64,000 nt of DNA from Flavipsychrobacter sp. (GCA_024508935.1 JANINW010000006.1:91873-155872); one strand, 5' to 3'; counted from the stretch's first letter, positions 18,511 to 28,653 are shown. Notes: generated by a model from the sequence alone, not told the origin. A program made the numbers and translations.

Positions 18511-18542
18511 CCCCCTGAATTACATTCACTAAATCAAATTTT

Positions 18543-19190
18543 ATGGGTTTTGCCTCTTTCGTAAAGATTTTCATGCCTAAGGACCGTGTTTTCTACGGCT
18601 TGTTTGAACAAGTAAGCTCTAACCTCATCCAGATGAGCGATATTTTTCATAAAGCCGTAAATGAAACAAACATCGACAACCGCCAGGCATTATTGAAAAG
18701 CCTGGAAGAATGGGAGCATAAGAACGACGAAGTAACCCATAAAATATTCATAGAACTGGGCAGCAACTTCATTACCCCGTTCGATCGCGAGGACATCCAC
18801 TACCTGGCTACATCACTGGATGATATTGCCGATTTTATATGGGGCAGCGCCAAAAGGATGATGAACTACTATATAGTAGAGATAGACGAGACTACTCAGG
18901 GTTTCGCCGAGATCATTAAAAAATCTGTACATGCGCTGAACAAAGCGGTGCATGAGTTGCGTGATATGAAAGACCTGCGCACTATAATGGAAGCCTGCGT
19001 ACTCATCAACAGCCTGGAGAATGAAGGTGACGATATGCTGGACAAAGGCATGATGCACCTGTTCAGCACAAATGTGACAGCGGTAGAGCTGATAAAAAAG
19101 AAAGACCTGTACCAGATGCTGGAAGTAGTAACGGATAAATGTGAAGATGCGGCTAATGTTATAGAATCAATCATCATTAAATACGCTTAA
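18543..19190 (+). CDS. DUF47/PhoU-like phosphate transport regulator
   Basis: EHKNDEVTH...FITPFDREDI..LA..LDDIAD and LENEGD...EVVTDKCEDAAN repeats; precedes a PiT gene. Confidence 0.93.
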   Translation: MGFASFVKIFMPKDRVFYGLFEQVSSNLIQMSDIFHKAVNETNIDNRQALLKSLEEWEHKNDEVTHKIFIELGSNFITPFDREDIHYLATSLDDIADFIWGSAKRMMNYYIVEIDETTQGFAEIIKKSVHALNKAVHELRDMKDLRTIMEACVLINSLENEGDDMLDKGMMHLFSTNVTAVELIKKKDLYQMLEVVTDKCEDAANVIESIIIKYA

Positions 19191-19212
19191 TAAAAGCCGT
19201 TACACATATTTT

Positions 19213-20409
19213 ATGACTACATTTCTTATAGTCATCATAGCACTCGCATTGGTATTCGATTATATCAATGGCTTTCATGATGCGGCTAATTCCATTGCAA
19301 CGATCGTTTCCACCAAGGTATTGACGCCTTTCCAGGCGGTGATATGGGCGGCGGTATTCAACTTTGCTGCGTTTTTCATTTTTAAAGACCACGGCGTTGC
19401 CAACTCTATAGCAAAAACCGTAAAAGAAGAATTTATTACCCTGCCGGTCATTATATCCGGACTGATGGCCGCCATTAGCTGGAACCTTTTAACCTGGTGG
19501 TTCGGTATACCATCCAGCTCTTCGCATACCCTGATAGGTGGTTTTGCCGGGGCAGCCATAGCCCACGCAGGCTTTAACTCCGTAAACCCCGAGCCGGTTA
19601 TTAAAACCGTAAGTTTCATCCTGCTGGCGCCACTGGTAGGTATGATCATTGCCTTTATCATCTCGCTATGGTTCATCAACTCATTCCGGAAAGGCATACT
19701 GCCCAAGCTGGTTTCTTTAGGTGTGATAATGCTGGTATTTATTATGCTGGCCGAGGTATTACAGACCGACCCTGAAAAACTGAAAAGCAGTTTCGACAAC
19801 TATTACCTGCGTGTAATATTTGATTCAAAGAATTTCAAATGGGTACTGCTGGCCATGATACTTTTGATCATGAGCGTCTTTACTCTGTTCCTCAGCTCGC
19901 TGAACGTGGCTAAATCAGGCAAATGGTTCAAACGCCTGCAGCTGGTTTCTTCTGCAGCCTTTAGTATTGGCCACGGTGGTAACGATGCACAGAAAGTAAT
20001 GGGTATCATTACCGCGGCACTGATTGCCGGCGGCAAAATAGACAGCTTTGAGCAAATGCCTGTTTGGGTACCGCTGGCCTGTTATTGTGCCATATCTGCC
20101 GGTACACTTAGCGGCGGCTGGAAGATCATTAAAACAATGGGTACCCGCATTACTAAAGTAACACCGTTTGAAGGTGTTGCGGCTGAAACAGCCGGTGCCA
20201 TAACACTCTTTGTTACAGAAAACCTGAAGATACCGGTAAGTACCACGCATACCATCACCGGTTCTATCATAGGGGTAGGTGCTACCAAGCGCTTATCAGC
20301 TGTACGCTGGGGTGTTACCATCAACCTGTTATGGGCCTGGATACTGACTATACCTGTGAGCGGACTGCTGGCAGCCCTGGTTTATGGTATCTTCAGCATG
20401 TTCATTTAG
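19213..20409 (+). CDS. Inorganic phosphate transporter, PiT family
   Basis: NGFHDAANSIAT, GIPSSSSH, GHGGNDAQK, PVSTTH signatures. Confidence 0.95.
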   Translation: MTTFLIVIIALALVFDYINGFHDAANSIATIVSTKVLTPFQAVIWAAVFNFAAFFIFKDHGVANSIAKTVKEEFITLPVIISGLMAAISWNLLTWWFGIPSSSSHTLIGGFAGAAIAHAGFNSVNPEPVIKTVSFILLAPLVGMIIAFIISLWFINSFRKGILPKLVSLGVIMLVFIMLAEVLQTDPEKLKSSFDNYYLRVIFDSKNFKWVLLAMILLIMSVFTLFLSSLNVAKSGKWFKRLQLVSSAAFSIGHGGNDAQKVMGIITAALIAGGKIDSFEQMPVWVPLACYCAISAGTLSGGWKIIKTMGTRITKVTPFEGVAAETAGAITLFVTENLKIPVSTTHTITGSIIGVGATKRLSAVRWGVTINLLWAWILTIPVSGLLAALVYGIFSMFI

Positions 20410-20527
20410 GCATTCACAGACATTTAACCCTGTAATACAGTCAAATACACAGGTTTTTCGCTATCTTCGCAGATTGCCTTTTTGCAATTGCAGGAAGGTA
20501 GTTATTGTAGAACTGCGTTTAATTTGA

Positions 20528-23500
20528 ATGTCATTACCACCGCTTTTAAAGCACGTCTATAACCATGGCACCGAAGAGGTGATACGCCGGGGAAAGAGGA
20601 TATTCCACACTTCCGGGGTTCAGATGTTAGATGTTGACCACCTTATAGGGCAGGTCCGCTTCCGTGTGCGCAATGATATTTACCAGAATTACTACACGGT
20701 TACGATCAATAAATATCTCGATCCGAAAAACATCTCTATCCGCTGCCAGTGCCCTTACAACCTGGGCGAGATATGCAGGCATGAGGTAGCTGCCTTGTTC
20801 CAGCTGAACGACATACTGCAGAGCGGCTTTTTTGAAAATACAGATATTACCTACGACCAGAAGCATACCATGGTGCGCATGCGCCAGGTAGCACCGCAAA
20901 TGCTGCGCGTATTTGCTTCTGAACCAATAATAGAAGCTGCTGAACGACTGGCCAATACCAATAAAGTGTTTATCACCTCTGCCAAAAATGAGAATATTGA
21001 AGCGGAAGTAGCTGATGGCGATAACACCTATAAAGTTGTTATCCGCCAGAATGATGAACGGTATTTTGATACATCCTGCGGCTGCGATGAGACCAAACAT
21101 CCGCTATGCCTGCATAAGGCTGCTGCTTTCCTGCATGTACTGAAAGCTTATGGCCCACAATACTTTCAAACCATGCGCAACTGGGATGAGCAAAAGAATA
21201 AACTGCTTAGCCTGTACGGTTATAGTTTGAAGGACGACCTTACCAATAAGTTTGCCTTTACTTATGATAATGGTAAACCTTTTCTACGTGTACTGGACCC
21301 TACTATTAAAAAAGTAGCTGCCCCTGCCGCCACAGAAAGCAGGCAACCTCAACTAAGCCATACTACAACTGCAGCAGCTATAAAGGAAGAGCAGGAAGTT
21401 AAAGACAAGAAGAAACTGGGTATAGTGATTGACACCAATGTCAACTGGTACCCGTTTGTAAATATTTCGCTGATAGCGGGTGCTACCGACGAAGAAGAAA
21501 GAAAATACCTCAACGGCATAGAAAGACTGGAATTGCAGCAATATGTAAACCCTTTGCAGTTTACCGAAGACGAACGTGAGCTATTGCCTATTGTACGTAA
21601 GTTTATGCCGGAGGAGGTAATGAAATACCTGCGAAAAAATCTGCCCTTTGGCGATTTCCTGGATGACTATACCCAGGTGCTGAAGGATGAACCGCCGCAC
21701 GAAACGCGCGAGCAGGTTTGGGAGTATTTATTGCCCAAATACCAGAAGCTCCTGGACCGTTACCGCAATCACAATTTGTGTTTTGTACATACACCCGGTA
21801 AAAGCTTTACCTCTGCTAATCTCGAACCTGTGGCATTTTCCGGCAAGCCGGCCTATGCACAGGTAAGCGTTACCAAAGAGGGAAATGATTTTGTGGCATC
21901 GCTTGCCTGGACCATTGATGATACTTATGTACCCTTCAATAAAGTAAAACAACTCAATGCCGGCTTACTGCTACATGATTATACCATTCATGCCGTAGCC
22001 AACCTGATGCATGTGAATATTACGGAGCAATTCATGCCTAACGGCGAGATAAAAATAACTGCTGCCGACTGGCCTGCCTTCCTCGAAGAAAAGGTTATGA
22101 AATGGAGCAATGCCTTGCATGTGAATTTTGCAGGGGAGCTTATTGAGCATGTAGACAAGGTAAACCCAGACTACAGGTTATACCTGCAGGAGCGCGAGCA
22201 AATGCTGGTACTGAAACCTGTGTTTTCTTACAATGGAGTAGAAATAAACTGGGGCTTCTTCGGCGATGTAATAGAGCCGCACAACGGCATGGTAAAGGTG
22301 GTACGCCGCAATGAGGCTGCAGAACAGGAGTATATAACTATGCTCCGTAACCTGCACTCTGATATACAAACTAATTCACGCGATCACTTCTTTTACCTCC
22401 CTGCTACTTCCGTATTAGCCAACAACTGGTTCTTCCGTTTTGTAGAAACAATGCGCGAATGGAAGGTGGAGCTTTTTGGTTTTGAAGGACTGAAGAACCT
22501 GCGCGTAAACACACACAAGCCCGATACACGTGTGCATGTAAGCAGCGGTATTGACTGGTTCGATGCTTCGGTAGAAATAGTGTTTGGCGAACAAACTGTT
22601 TCTATAATAGAGGTAAAAAAAGCCCTGGCACAAAAACAGAACTTTGTAAAACTGGACGACGGCTCTATAGGTTTACTACCCGAAGAATGGCTGAAGAAAT
22701 ATGCCCTGCTCATAAAAATGGGCGAAGGCAAAGGCAGCCAGCTAAGGTTAAAAAAATACCACTTCAGTGTATTAGACGAATTATTGTCTGATGTAGACGA
22801 AGAAGAGCTGCAAAAAGAGCTGGAAGAAAAGAAGGAAAAACTTGCGGGCATCATCAACAACGACTACAGCGAAATACCTGCGCCGGATGGCCTTACAGCA
22901 ACGCTGAGGCCATACCAGCTTACCGGGTTCCAATGGCTGATATTCCTGAAAGAAGCCGGATGGGGTGGTATACTGGCCGATGATATGGGTTTGGGTAAAA
23001 CCGTTCAGACGCTGGCCTTCTTCCTGTATTACAAACAAAAGCATCCTGATGCAAAATTCCTGGTGGTATGTCCTACTACACTGATGTATAACTGGGAGAA
23101 TGAAATAAAGAAGTTTGCACCCGAACTGCGTCATTTTATTCACCACGGCCCTAAACGCAGCGCCAATACCCGGCTGTTCGACAATTATGATATTGTTATT
23201 ACTACCTACGGTACCATGCGCAGCGATATTAAAATAATCAAGGAGATAGAGATAGATTACGTGGTGTTGGATGAATCGCAATCTATCAAAAACCCGCAAT
23301 CGCAGGTAGCTAAAGCATCATTGTTACTCAATTCCAAATTCAGGCTGGCACTGAGCGGTACGCCGGTACAGAACAATACATTCGACCTGTTTGCGCAAAT
23401 GAACTTCCTGAACCCCGGCATGCTGGGCAGCAGGGAATTCTTTATGAATGAATTTGCAACACCTATTGATAAATTCCAGGAAGATGAGGTGAAACAGCAA

Positions 23501-24292
23501 TTACGCAAACTCACCTATCCATTCCTGCTGCGCCGTACCAAAGAGCAGGTAGCCAAAGACCTGCCTGAAAAAACAGAGACTGTACTATTTTGCGAAATGG
23601 GTGCCGACCAGCGTAAGATATACGATGCCTACCGCAGCATGTACCGCGAGCAGATAATGGGCATGATAGATGAGCGTGGCATAGAACGCTCTACCATGCA
23701 TATATTGCAGGGCCTGACAAAGCTGCGCCAGATATGCGATTCCCCGGCTATACTCAATGAGGAGGAACGTTATCATAATTATTCCATTAAGCTGGATGAA
23801 CTAACCCGTGAGATAACAGAAAATGTAGGCAACCACAAGGCCCTTATCTTCTCCCAGTTCCTGGGCATGCTGGCGCTGATACGGAAAGAACTGGAAGCGA
23901 AAGGTATACCCTATGCTTATTTTGACGGCAGTTCGTCATCGGCAGAAAGGGAACGTAATATCCAGGAATTTCAGAATAATGAATCCTGCCGCGTGTTTCT
24001 TATATCACTAAAAGCCGGTGGTATTGGTTTGAACCTTACTGCTGCAGATTATGTATATATAGTAGACCCATGGTGGAACCCGGCTGTAGAGCAACAGGCC
24101 ATAGACCGTACGCACCGCATAGGACAGACCAAAAACATTTTTGCCTACCGCCTGATATGTAAAGACACTATCGAGGAAAAAATGCTGGTATTGCAGGAAC
24201 GTAAGCGTGCGCTGGCCAACGAGCTGGTATCAGATGATAATGCTTTCCTGAAACGGCTTACCAAAGAAGACATAGCTTACCTGTTAAGTTAA
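20528..24292 (+). CDS. SNF2-family helicase/ATPase with two SWIM zinc fingers
   Basis: CQCP..ICRH and CGC..LCLH SWIM motifs; LADDMGLGKT, DESQ, SGTP.QN, LLRRTK, SQF, SLKAGG.GLNL, QAIDRTHRIGQ. Confidence 0.93.
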   Translation: MSLPPLLKHVYNHGTEEVIRRGKRIFHTSGVQMLDVDHLIGQVRFRVRNDIYQNYYTVTINKYLDPKNISIRCQCPYNLGEICRHEVAALFQLNDILQSGFFENTDITYDQKHTMVRMRQVAPQMLRVFASEPIIEAAERLANTNKVFITSAKNENIEAEVADGDNTYKVVIRQNDERYFDTSCGCDETKHPLCLHKAAAFLHVLKAYGPQYFQTMRNWDEQKNKLLSLYGYSLKDDLTNKFAFTYDNGKPFLRVLDPTIKKVAAPAATESRQPQLSHTTTAAAIKEEQEVKDKKKLGIVIDTNVNWYPFVNISLIAGATDEEERKYLNGIERLELQQYVNPLQFTEDERELLPIVRKFMPEEVMKYLRKNLPFGDFLDDYTQVLKDEPPHETREQVWEYLLPKYQKLLDRYRNHNLCFVHTPGKSFTSANLEPVAFSGKPAYAQVSVTKEGNDFVASLAWTIDDTYVPFNKVKQLNAGLLLHDYTIHAVANLMHVNITEQFMPNGEIKITAADWPAFLEEKVMKWSNALHVNFAGELIEHVDKVNPDYRLYLQEREQMLVLKPVFSYNGVEINWGFFGDVIEPHNGMVKVVRRNEAAEQEYITMLRNLHSDIQTNSRDHFFYLPATSVLANNWFFRFVETMREWKVELFGFEGLKNLRVNTHKPDTRVHVSSGIDWFDASVEIVFGEQTVSIIEVKKALAQKQNFVKLDDGSIGLLPEEWLKKYALLIKMGEGKGSQLRLKKYHFSVLDELLSDVDEEELQKELEEKKEKLAGIINNDYSEIPAPDGLTATLRPYQLTGFQWLIFLKEAGWGGILADDMGLGKTVQTLAFFLYYKQKHPDAKFLVVCPTTLMYNWENEIKKFAPELRHFIHHGPKRSANTRLFDNYDIVITTYGTMRSDIKIIKEIEIDYVVLDESQSIKNPQSQVAKASLLLNSKFRLALSGTPVQNNTFDLFAQMNFLNPGMLGSREFFMNEFATPIDKFQEDEVKQQLRKLTYPFLLRRTKEQVAKDLPEKTETVLFCEMGADQRKIYDAYRSMYREQIMGMIDERGIERSTMHILQGLTKLRQICDSPAILNEEERYHNYSIKLDELTREITENVGNHKALIFSQFLGMLALIRKELEAKGIPYAYFDGSSSSAERERNIQEFQNNESCRVFLISLKAGGIGLNLTAADYVYIVDPWWNPAVEQQAIDRTHRIGQTKNIFAYRLICKDTIEEKMLVLQERKRALANELVSDDNAFLKRLTKEDIAYLLS

Positions 24293-24326
24293 GGCACACA
24301 CACTTGCATAAATATCTGCGAGTGTA

Positions 24327-24334
24327 TAGCTTTG
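24327..24334 (+). promoter_or_regulatory. -7 element (TAGCTTTG)
   Basis: Exact TAnnTTTG 17 nt before ATG 24351. Confidence 0.6.
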
Positions 24335-24350
24335 AGCGCAATACAACTGT

Positions 24351-25472
24351 ATGCAAAAACTATATTTCAGGAACCTTGACGGCTTGCGCTTTTTCGCTTT
24401 CCTGTCGGTATTCCTGTTCCATAGTTTTTATACCCCGTATGATACTATAAAATCCGACTGGCTGTACCGCATAGCACATGGGCTAACGAGAAGCGGTGCG
24501 CTGGGGGTGAATTTCTTTTTTGTTTTAAGCGGCTTCCTTATCACCACTCTTTTATTTGAAGAACAAAAAGCTACGGGGAAAATAAACATAGGGAGCTTTT
24601 ATATGCGCAGGATATTGCGGATATGGCCATTGTTCTATCTAATGGTTTTTATTGGCTTTGTCATTTACCCTTTCATCCGCCAATGGCTGGGAGACCACCC
24701 TACCCCTGAAACAGCTAACCTTCCTTTGTTCTTATTATTCAGCAGCAATTTCAGCAACTTGTATTTTGGGGCTCAAAACCCAAGCTTGTATATACTATGG
24801 TCTATCTCTATAGAGGAACAATTTTACCTGTTCTGGCCCTGGTTGGTGAAGTATTTTAATGCCGCCAAAAGCCCCTGGATATTTATCGGCATTATTCTCC
24901 TCAGCATCCTTTCACGGATATATTACCTGCAAGACCAGCACCAGCTATATATGAACACCCTCTGCGTAATCAGCGACATGGCTATGGGTGGGCTGCTGGC
25001 ATGGGCTGCTTTTACCAAACCCAGTTTTTTTACACATTTACTGCAACTAAAAAAGAAGCATGTTGTGATAGCTTATGTAGCAGGCATCATACTAATAGCA
25101 AGCAATGCTTACTGGAGACAATCGCTGCCGTTACTGGCATTGGAAAGGGTTTTGTTTTCCTGCTTTTTCGTCTTTATCATATTCGACCAAACTTATCTCG
25201 ACACTTCTTTTTTTAAAACAGGTAATTATAAATTGCCTACAGAACTGGGCAAGATAACCTATGGCCTGTACTGCTATCATTACCTGGGGCTACTGGTGGC
25301 CATTAAAGTGAATGCTATTTTGGGTATTAATAAGTACGTACTGGGCGTAGTATTGGGCGATAACATATTAGGGCTTGCGTTAAGCATTGTCGTAGCTCTT
25401 GCCAGCTACAGGTATTTCGAAAAACCATTCCTGCAACTAAAGCATAGGTTTGAGAAAATACAGACAAAATAA
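24351..25472 (+). CDS. Acyltransferase-3 (OafA-like) membrane O-acyltransferase
   Basis: LDGLRF.AFL.VF.FH, GVNFFFVLSGFLIT, RRILRIWP, WSISIEEQFY, SYRYFEKPF. Confidence 0.93.
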   Translation: MQKLYFRNLDGLRFFAFLSVFLFHSFYTPYDTIKSDWLYRIAHGLTRSGALGVNFFFVLSGFLITTLLFEEQKATGKINIGSFYMRRILRIWPLFYLMVFIGFVIYPFIRQWLGDHPTPETANLPLFLLFSSNFSNLYFGAQNPSLYILWSISIEEQFYLFWPWLVKYFNAAKSPWIFIGIILLSILSRIYYLQDQHQLYMNTLCVISDMAMGGLLAWAAFTKPSFFTHLLQLKKKHVVIAYVAGIILIASNAYWRQSLPLLALERVLFSCFFVFIIFDQTYLDTSFFKTGNYKLPTELGKITYGLYCYHYLGLLVAIKVNAILGINKYVLGVVLGDNILGLALSIVVALASYRYFEKPFLQLKHRFEKIQTK

Positions 25473-25501
25473 AAAAGGCTGCAAAATTTTGCAGCCTTTT
25501 T
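25473..25501. terminator. Bidirectional intrinsic terminator
   Basis: AAAAGGCTGCAAAATTTTGCAGCCTTTT perfect palindrome between convergent genes. Confidence 0.85.
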
Positions 25502-25517
25502 AAAATTCGAAATACAG

Positions 25518-26891
25518 TTATTTACTCCCGTTGTCTTTCCATACCTGCAGTACACTGCAACTTTTATATTCGGGGTCAATTTTTATATAATAGCTCGGCG
25601 ATTTTTCTGCCAGCCATTCATCCATTGTTTTTGATTTTTTTTGCTGCAAGGCCACTTCCTGTATCTTGCCATAATCATCTTTCAGGTTGGCTTTGTGCGG
25701 GCTTGAAATACTTTTCATATATACAATACGACAAGACCGCTCTCCTTTTCCGGCATCAAATACTTGGGGTTGTGAAAAGCTACCTGGTTTAAGCGTATCT
25801 ATCATCAATGCAAGCGTCGGGTCCAATTTTTCAACCTCTAATTGGGTGCTGCCTGTTTGCGGATCAGGTATCATACCACCTGTACGTTTAGACATTTCAT
25901 CTGTACCATATTTACCTACCGCCTCCTGGAAAGTGATCTTTCCCGATATCAGTTCTGCACGCACAGAGTCCAGCTTCAGCAAGGCTTTCTGGAAATCAGC
26001 CGTGGTTATTTCAGGCTTAATAAGTATATGGCGCAGGTGGGCATCTTCACCTTGTCTCCTTACCATTTGAATAATATGATAACCGTACTTGGTTTTTACG
26101 ATCTGCGATATCTCACCGTTCTGCAGTTTGAAAGCAGCGGCAGAAAATTCCGGTACCAGGTCCTTACGGCTTACTACACCCAGGTCTCCCCCATTGTCGC
26201 GGCTGCCGGGGTCCTGGCTGTTCAGGTTTGCCTGCAATTCAAAATCGGCACCACCTTCTACTATATCCTTACGTATTTTCTCAAGTTTTTCCCTTGCATA
26301 TTGCTCCAGTTCGGGGCTAACAGGCGGGTCTATCACTATCTGCCCCATCTCCACAGTTGCAGGGAAGAAAGGAAGGCTATCGGCAGGTATTTTATCATAA
26401 AAGTTCTTGACCTCGGCAGGAGTGATCTTTACATGCTGCAATATCTGTCCCTGCATTTTTTCAGCTATCATTGTTTCGCGCACCGCATCACGGTAATCTT
26501 CTTTCAGCTGGTATACTGTTTTACCGGATACCTGTTCCAGCTTTTCCTTAGAGCCATATAAGCTAATGAAATAACGCACACGGTTATCCAATGTACCTTC
26601 CACTTCTTCGTCTGTTACCAGTACGCTATCCCGCTCGGCTTGTTCTACCAGCATTTTCTGCAATATCATCTGCTGCAGCATGGTACATTTCATTTCCTCA
26701 TCCACATCAGTACCGCCTTGTTTCATTTGGGCAACGCTGTTCTCCAATTCAGAATTGAGGATAATGCGGCTACGGCCTACAACTGCAAGTATTTTATCTG
26801 CGGGCTGGGCTGTAGCACTTAAAGAAAAGCAACATATTACCGCCAGCAGTAAAAAGCGGGTATTTCTAACTAAACTTGATTTATATGGCAT
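25518..26891 (-). CDS. surA: SurA-like periplasmic peptidyl-prolyl isomerase
   Basis: DKI.AVVG, two parvulin domains (SQDPGS..NGGDLG, YGYHII, HILI.P). Confidence 0.88.
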   Translation of the reverse strand: MPYKSSLVRNTRFLLLAVICCFSLSATAQPADKILAVVGRSRIILNSELENSVAQMKQGGTDVDEEMKCTMLQQMILQKMLVEQAERDSVLVTDEEVEGTLDNRVRYFISLYGSKEKLEQVSGKTVYQLKEDYRDAVRETMIAEKMQGQILQHVKITPAEVKNFYDKIPADSLPFFPATVEMGQIVIDPPVSPELEQYAREKLEKIRKDIVEGGADFELQANLNSQDPGSRDNGGDLGVVSRKDLVPEFSAAAFKLQNGEISQIVKTKYGYHIIQMVRRQGEDAHLRHILIKPEITTADFQKALLKLDSVRAELISGKITFQEAVGKYGTDEMSKRTGGMIPDPQTGSTQLEVEKLDPTLALMIDTLKPGSFSQPQVFDAGKGERSCRIVYMKSISSPHKANLKDDYGKIQEVALQQKKSKTMDEWLAEKSPSYYIKIDPEYKSCSVLQVWKDNGSK

Positions 26892-26923
26892 GATATACAG
26901 GAAACTATATAGCTAATAGCTGG

Positions 26924-26931
26924 CAAAAGTA
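26924..26931 (-). promoter_or_regulatory. -7 element (TACTTTTG) for surA
   Basis: Exact TAnnTTTG on the minus strand. Confidence 0.6.
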
Positions 26932-26980
26932 AGCTTTTCAGCCCTACACAGGTAAAGCTGCTACATTTTTAACTTTTATA

Positions 26981-28072
26981 TTATTTAATGCGTTTGGGGA
27001 ATATATCGTCTATCTCCTTTTTATTATAGGCATCTGTAGCTGCGGGGCGGTATGGGTGCTGCTGCAGCCATGTTTCAAGGGAAGGAATGGCCTCGGGGTG
27101 GAATTTTTTCCAGGCTTCGAAAAACTGCTGGTTCTCAGACCGGCCAAATAACCATTCATTATATATATCGAACATACTGCTGCGCAGCAATTCGTCCTGG
27201 CGTGTAAAAAGCGTAAAGGGGTATTTGGCGGCATACTGTATACTCCAGTCCATCAGGAAACGGGTGCGCAGCATGGTAAGGTTCTCGGCAGTAACGCCAT
27301 CGCTTACCACCGGAGATAATTTAATGTAGGTAGTATATACTGCTTCTTCAAAATTTTCGGGCTGGTTGCTCTTCTTATTACCATATTTTGGCAGTTCCCC
27401 TGTTGCAAGGCTGCCAAATAGTTTACGATAAGCATCCATTATCATGGTACGCGTTTCATTGGCGCGCGGTGTCTGCTGTTCTATATTTACAAACATTTCA
27501 CCGTATAATATGGCCCATACCGGCTTATTGGTATACATATACATCCGGGCAGCCTCATAATAGTTTACATGATAGGCAGGGTCGGCAGCAATGCCATTCA
27601 GCCAGCTTTCCAGCGCGTATACCGATTCGTTTTCATCTTCGTACATCTTACCCATTTCATGGTACAAAAGCCCTGATTTAGGGTGGCGCTCTATGCCTTT
27701 TTGTAAGGTATTCCGGGCTTTTTTATTCTCCCCCGAGCCCACATAACTGGCCGCTATTACCTGGTAACATTGGTCATCTCCTGCGCCGGTCTTAACAATA
27801 GGTTCCAGTGTATTTAATGCATTCTCATAGTCGCCGGCCATATAATATGCCTGCCCCAGGTCGCGGTGCAGTATCATTATTTCGGGTGCTATCTGTATAG
27901 CCTGCTGGTAGGTAATTATAGCCTGCCTGAGATTTCCCTGCGAATAATACTGGCGGGCATCCTTATACATCTGCTCAACCTCGGGCGATGGCCAGGTAGT
28001 AGTTTGGGCATGCGCATTTGTGATAAATAAACCCGATAACGCAATAGAAAAAACAAACAGGATTTGTTTCAT
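26981..28072 (-). CDS. Exported tetratricopeptide-repeat protein
   Basis: Signal peptide from MKQIL (ATG 28072) and several TPR motifs (AI..YQQAIQIAP, LGQAYYMAGDY). Confidence 0.8.
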   Translation of the reverse strand: MKQILFVFSIALSGLFITNAHAQTTTWPSPEVEQMYKDARQYYSQGNLRQAIITYQQAIQIAPEIMILHRDLGQAYYMAGDYENALNTLEPIVKTGAGDDQCYQVIAASYVGSGENKKARNTLQKGIERHPKSGLLYHEMGKMYEDENESVYALESWLNGIAADPAYHVNYYEAARMYMYTNKPVWAILYGEMFVNIEQQTPRANETRTMIMDAYRKLFGSLATGELPKYGNKKSNQPENFEEAVYTTYIKLSPVVSDGVTAENLTMLRTRFLMDWSIQYAAKYPFTLFTRQDELLRSSMFDIYNEWLFGRSENQQFFEAWKKFHPEAIPSLETWLQQHPYRPAATDAYNKKEIDDIFPKRIK

Positions 28073-28225
28073 AACAGGTGGCAAAATACCGCAAAACTGC
28101 TGATAATTCCAGCATTCGGGCACAAACATTTATATGTTGTACGGTAAGAGGATGGGCAGTTTAACATATCCTTAATTTGAACCAATGAAACATAATTGAT
28201 GTTTTTAGCTTTATTTTGTCTGCGA

Positions 28226-28534
28226 ATGCGACATTTTCTTGCATATGTGTTCCTTATCATTTTCTCCTTCCAGGTGCTTCCTGTCAAGGAGATAGGCAAG
28301 ATTTTGTTTAAAGCACAAATGACAGAAGAGATACATGAAGCCGGTCATTCTTCTGACGACGGCCCTTCTGCCAAGCTCAAAAAAGACAGTGATTTCTTTA
28401 AACTGATGGAGCATGAGAATATTGCTATCATGCAATACATTGCTACCACGGTAAACACGGCTATTCATCTTTCTGACCGCCTTCCAAGGCAACATGTTCC
28501 GGATATCCTGACGCCTCCTCCAAACTGCATCTAA
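28226..28534 (+). CDS. Small leader-type protein ending in DILTPPPN (candidate regulatory uORF of SulP-carbonic anhydrase)
   Basis: 102 aa from ATG 28226 (ORF opens at 28196); N-terminal hydrophobic segment, His/acidic middle, terminal PPP. Confidence 0.75.
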   Translation: MRHFLAYVFLIIFSFQVLPVKEIGKILFKAQMTEEIHEAGHSSDDGPSAKLKKDSDFFKLMEHENIAIMQYIATTVNTAIHLSDRLPRQHVPDILTPPPNCI

Positions 28535-28653
28535 GCAGTTATACTGCATTCCCGGTTATTGCTCCCAAAAATGAGGAGCTATCTCTCAATGCTTTTTCAG
28601 GATTGTTATGCTAAGCGCTCCTATGTACGCTTACGCAGGCACACAAAAAATTT

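Noticed and set aside
24351-25472. AT-rich acyltransferase as a possible foreign gene
   Set aside because: The composition is explained by Phe/Ile/Leu-rich TM codons; no mobility signals.
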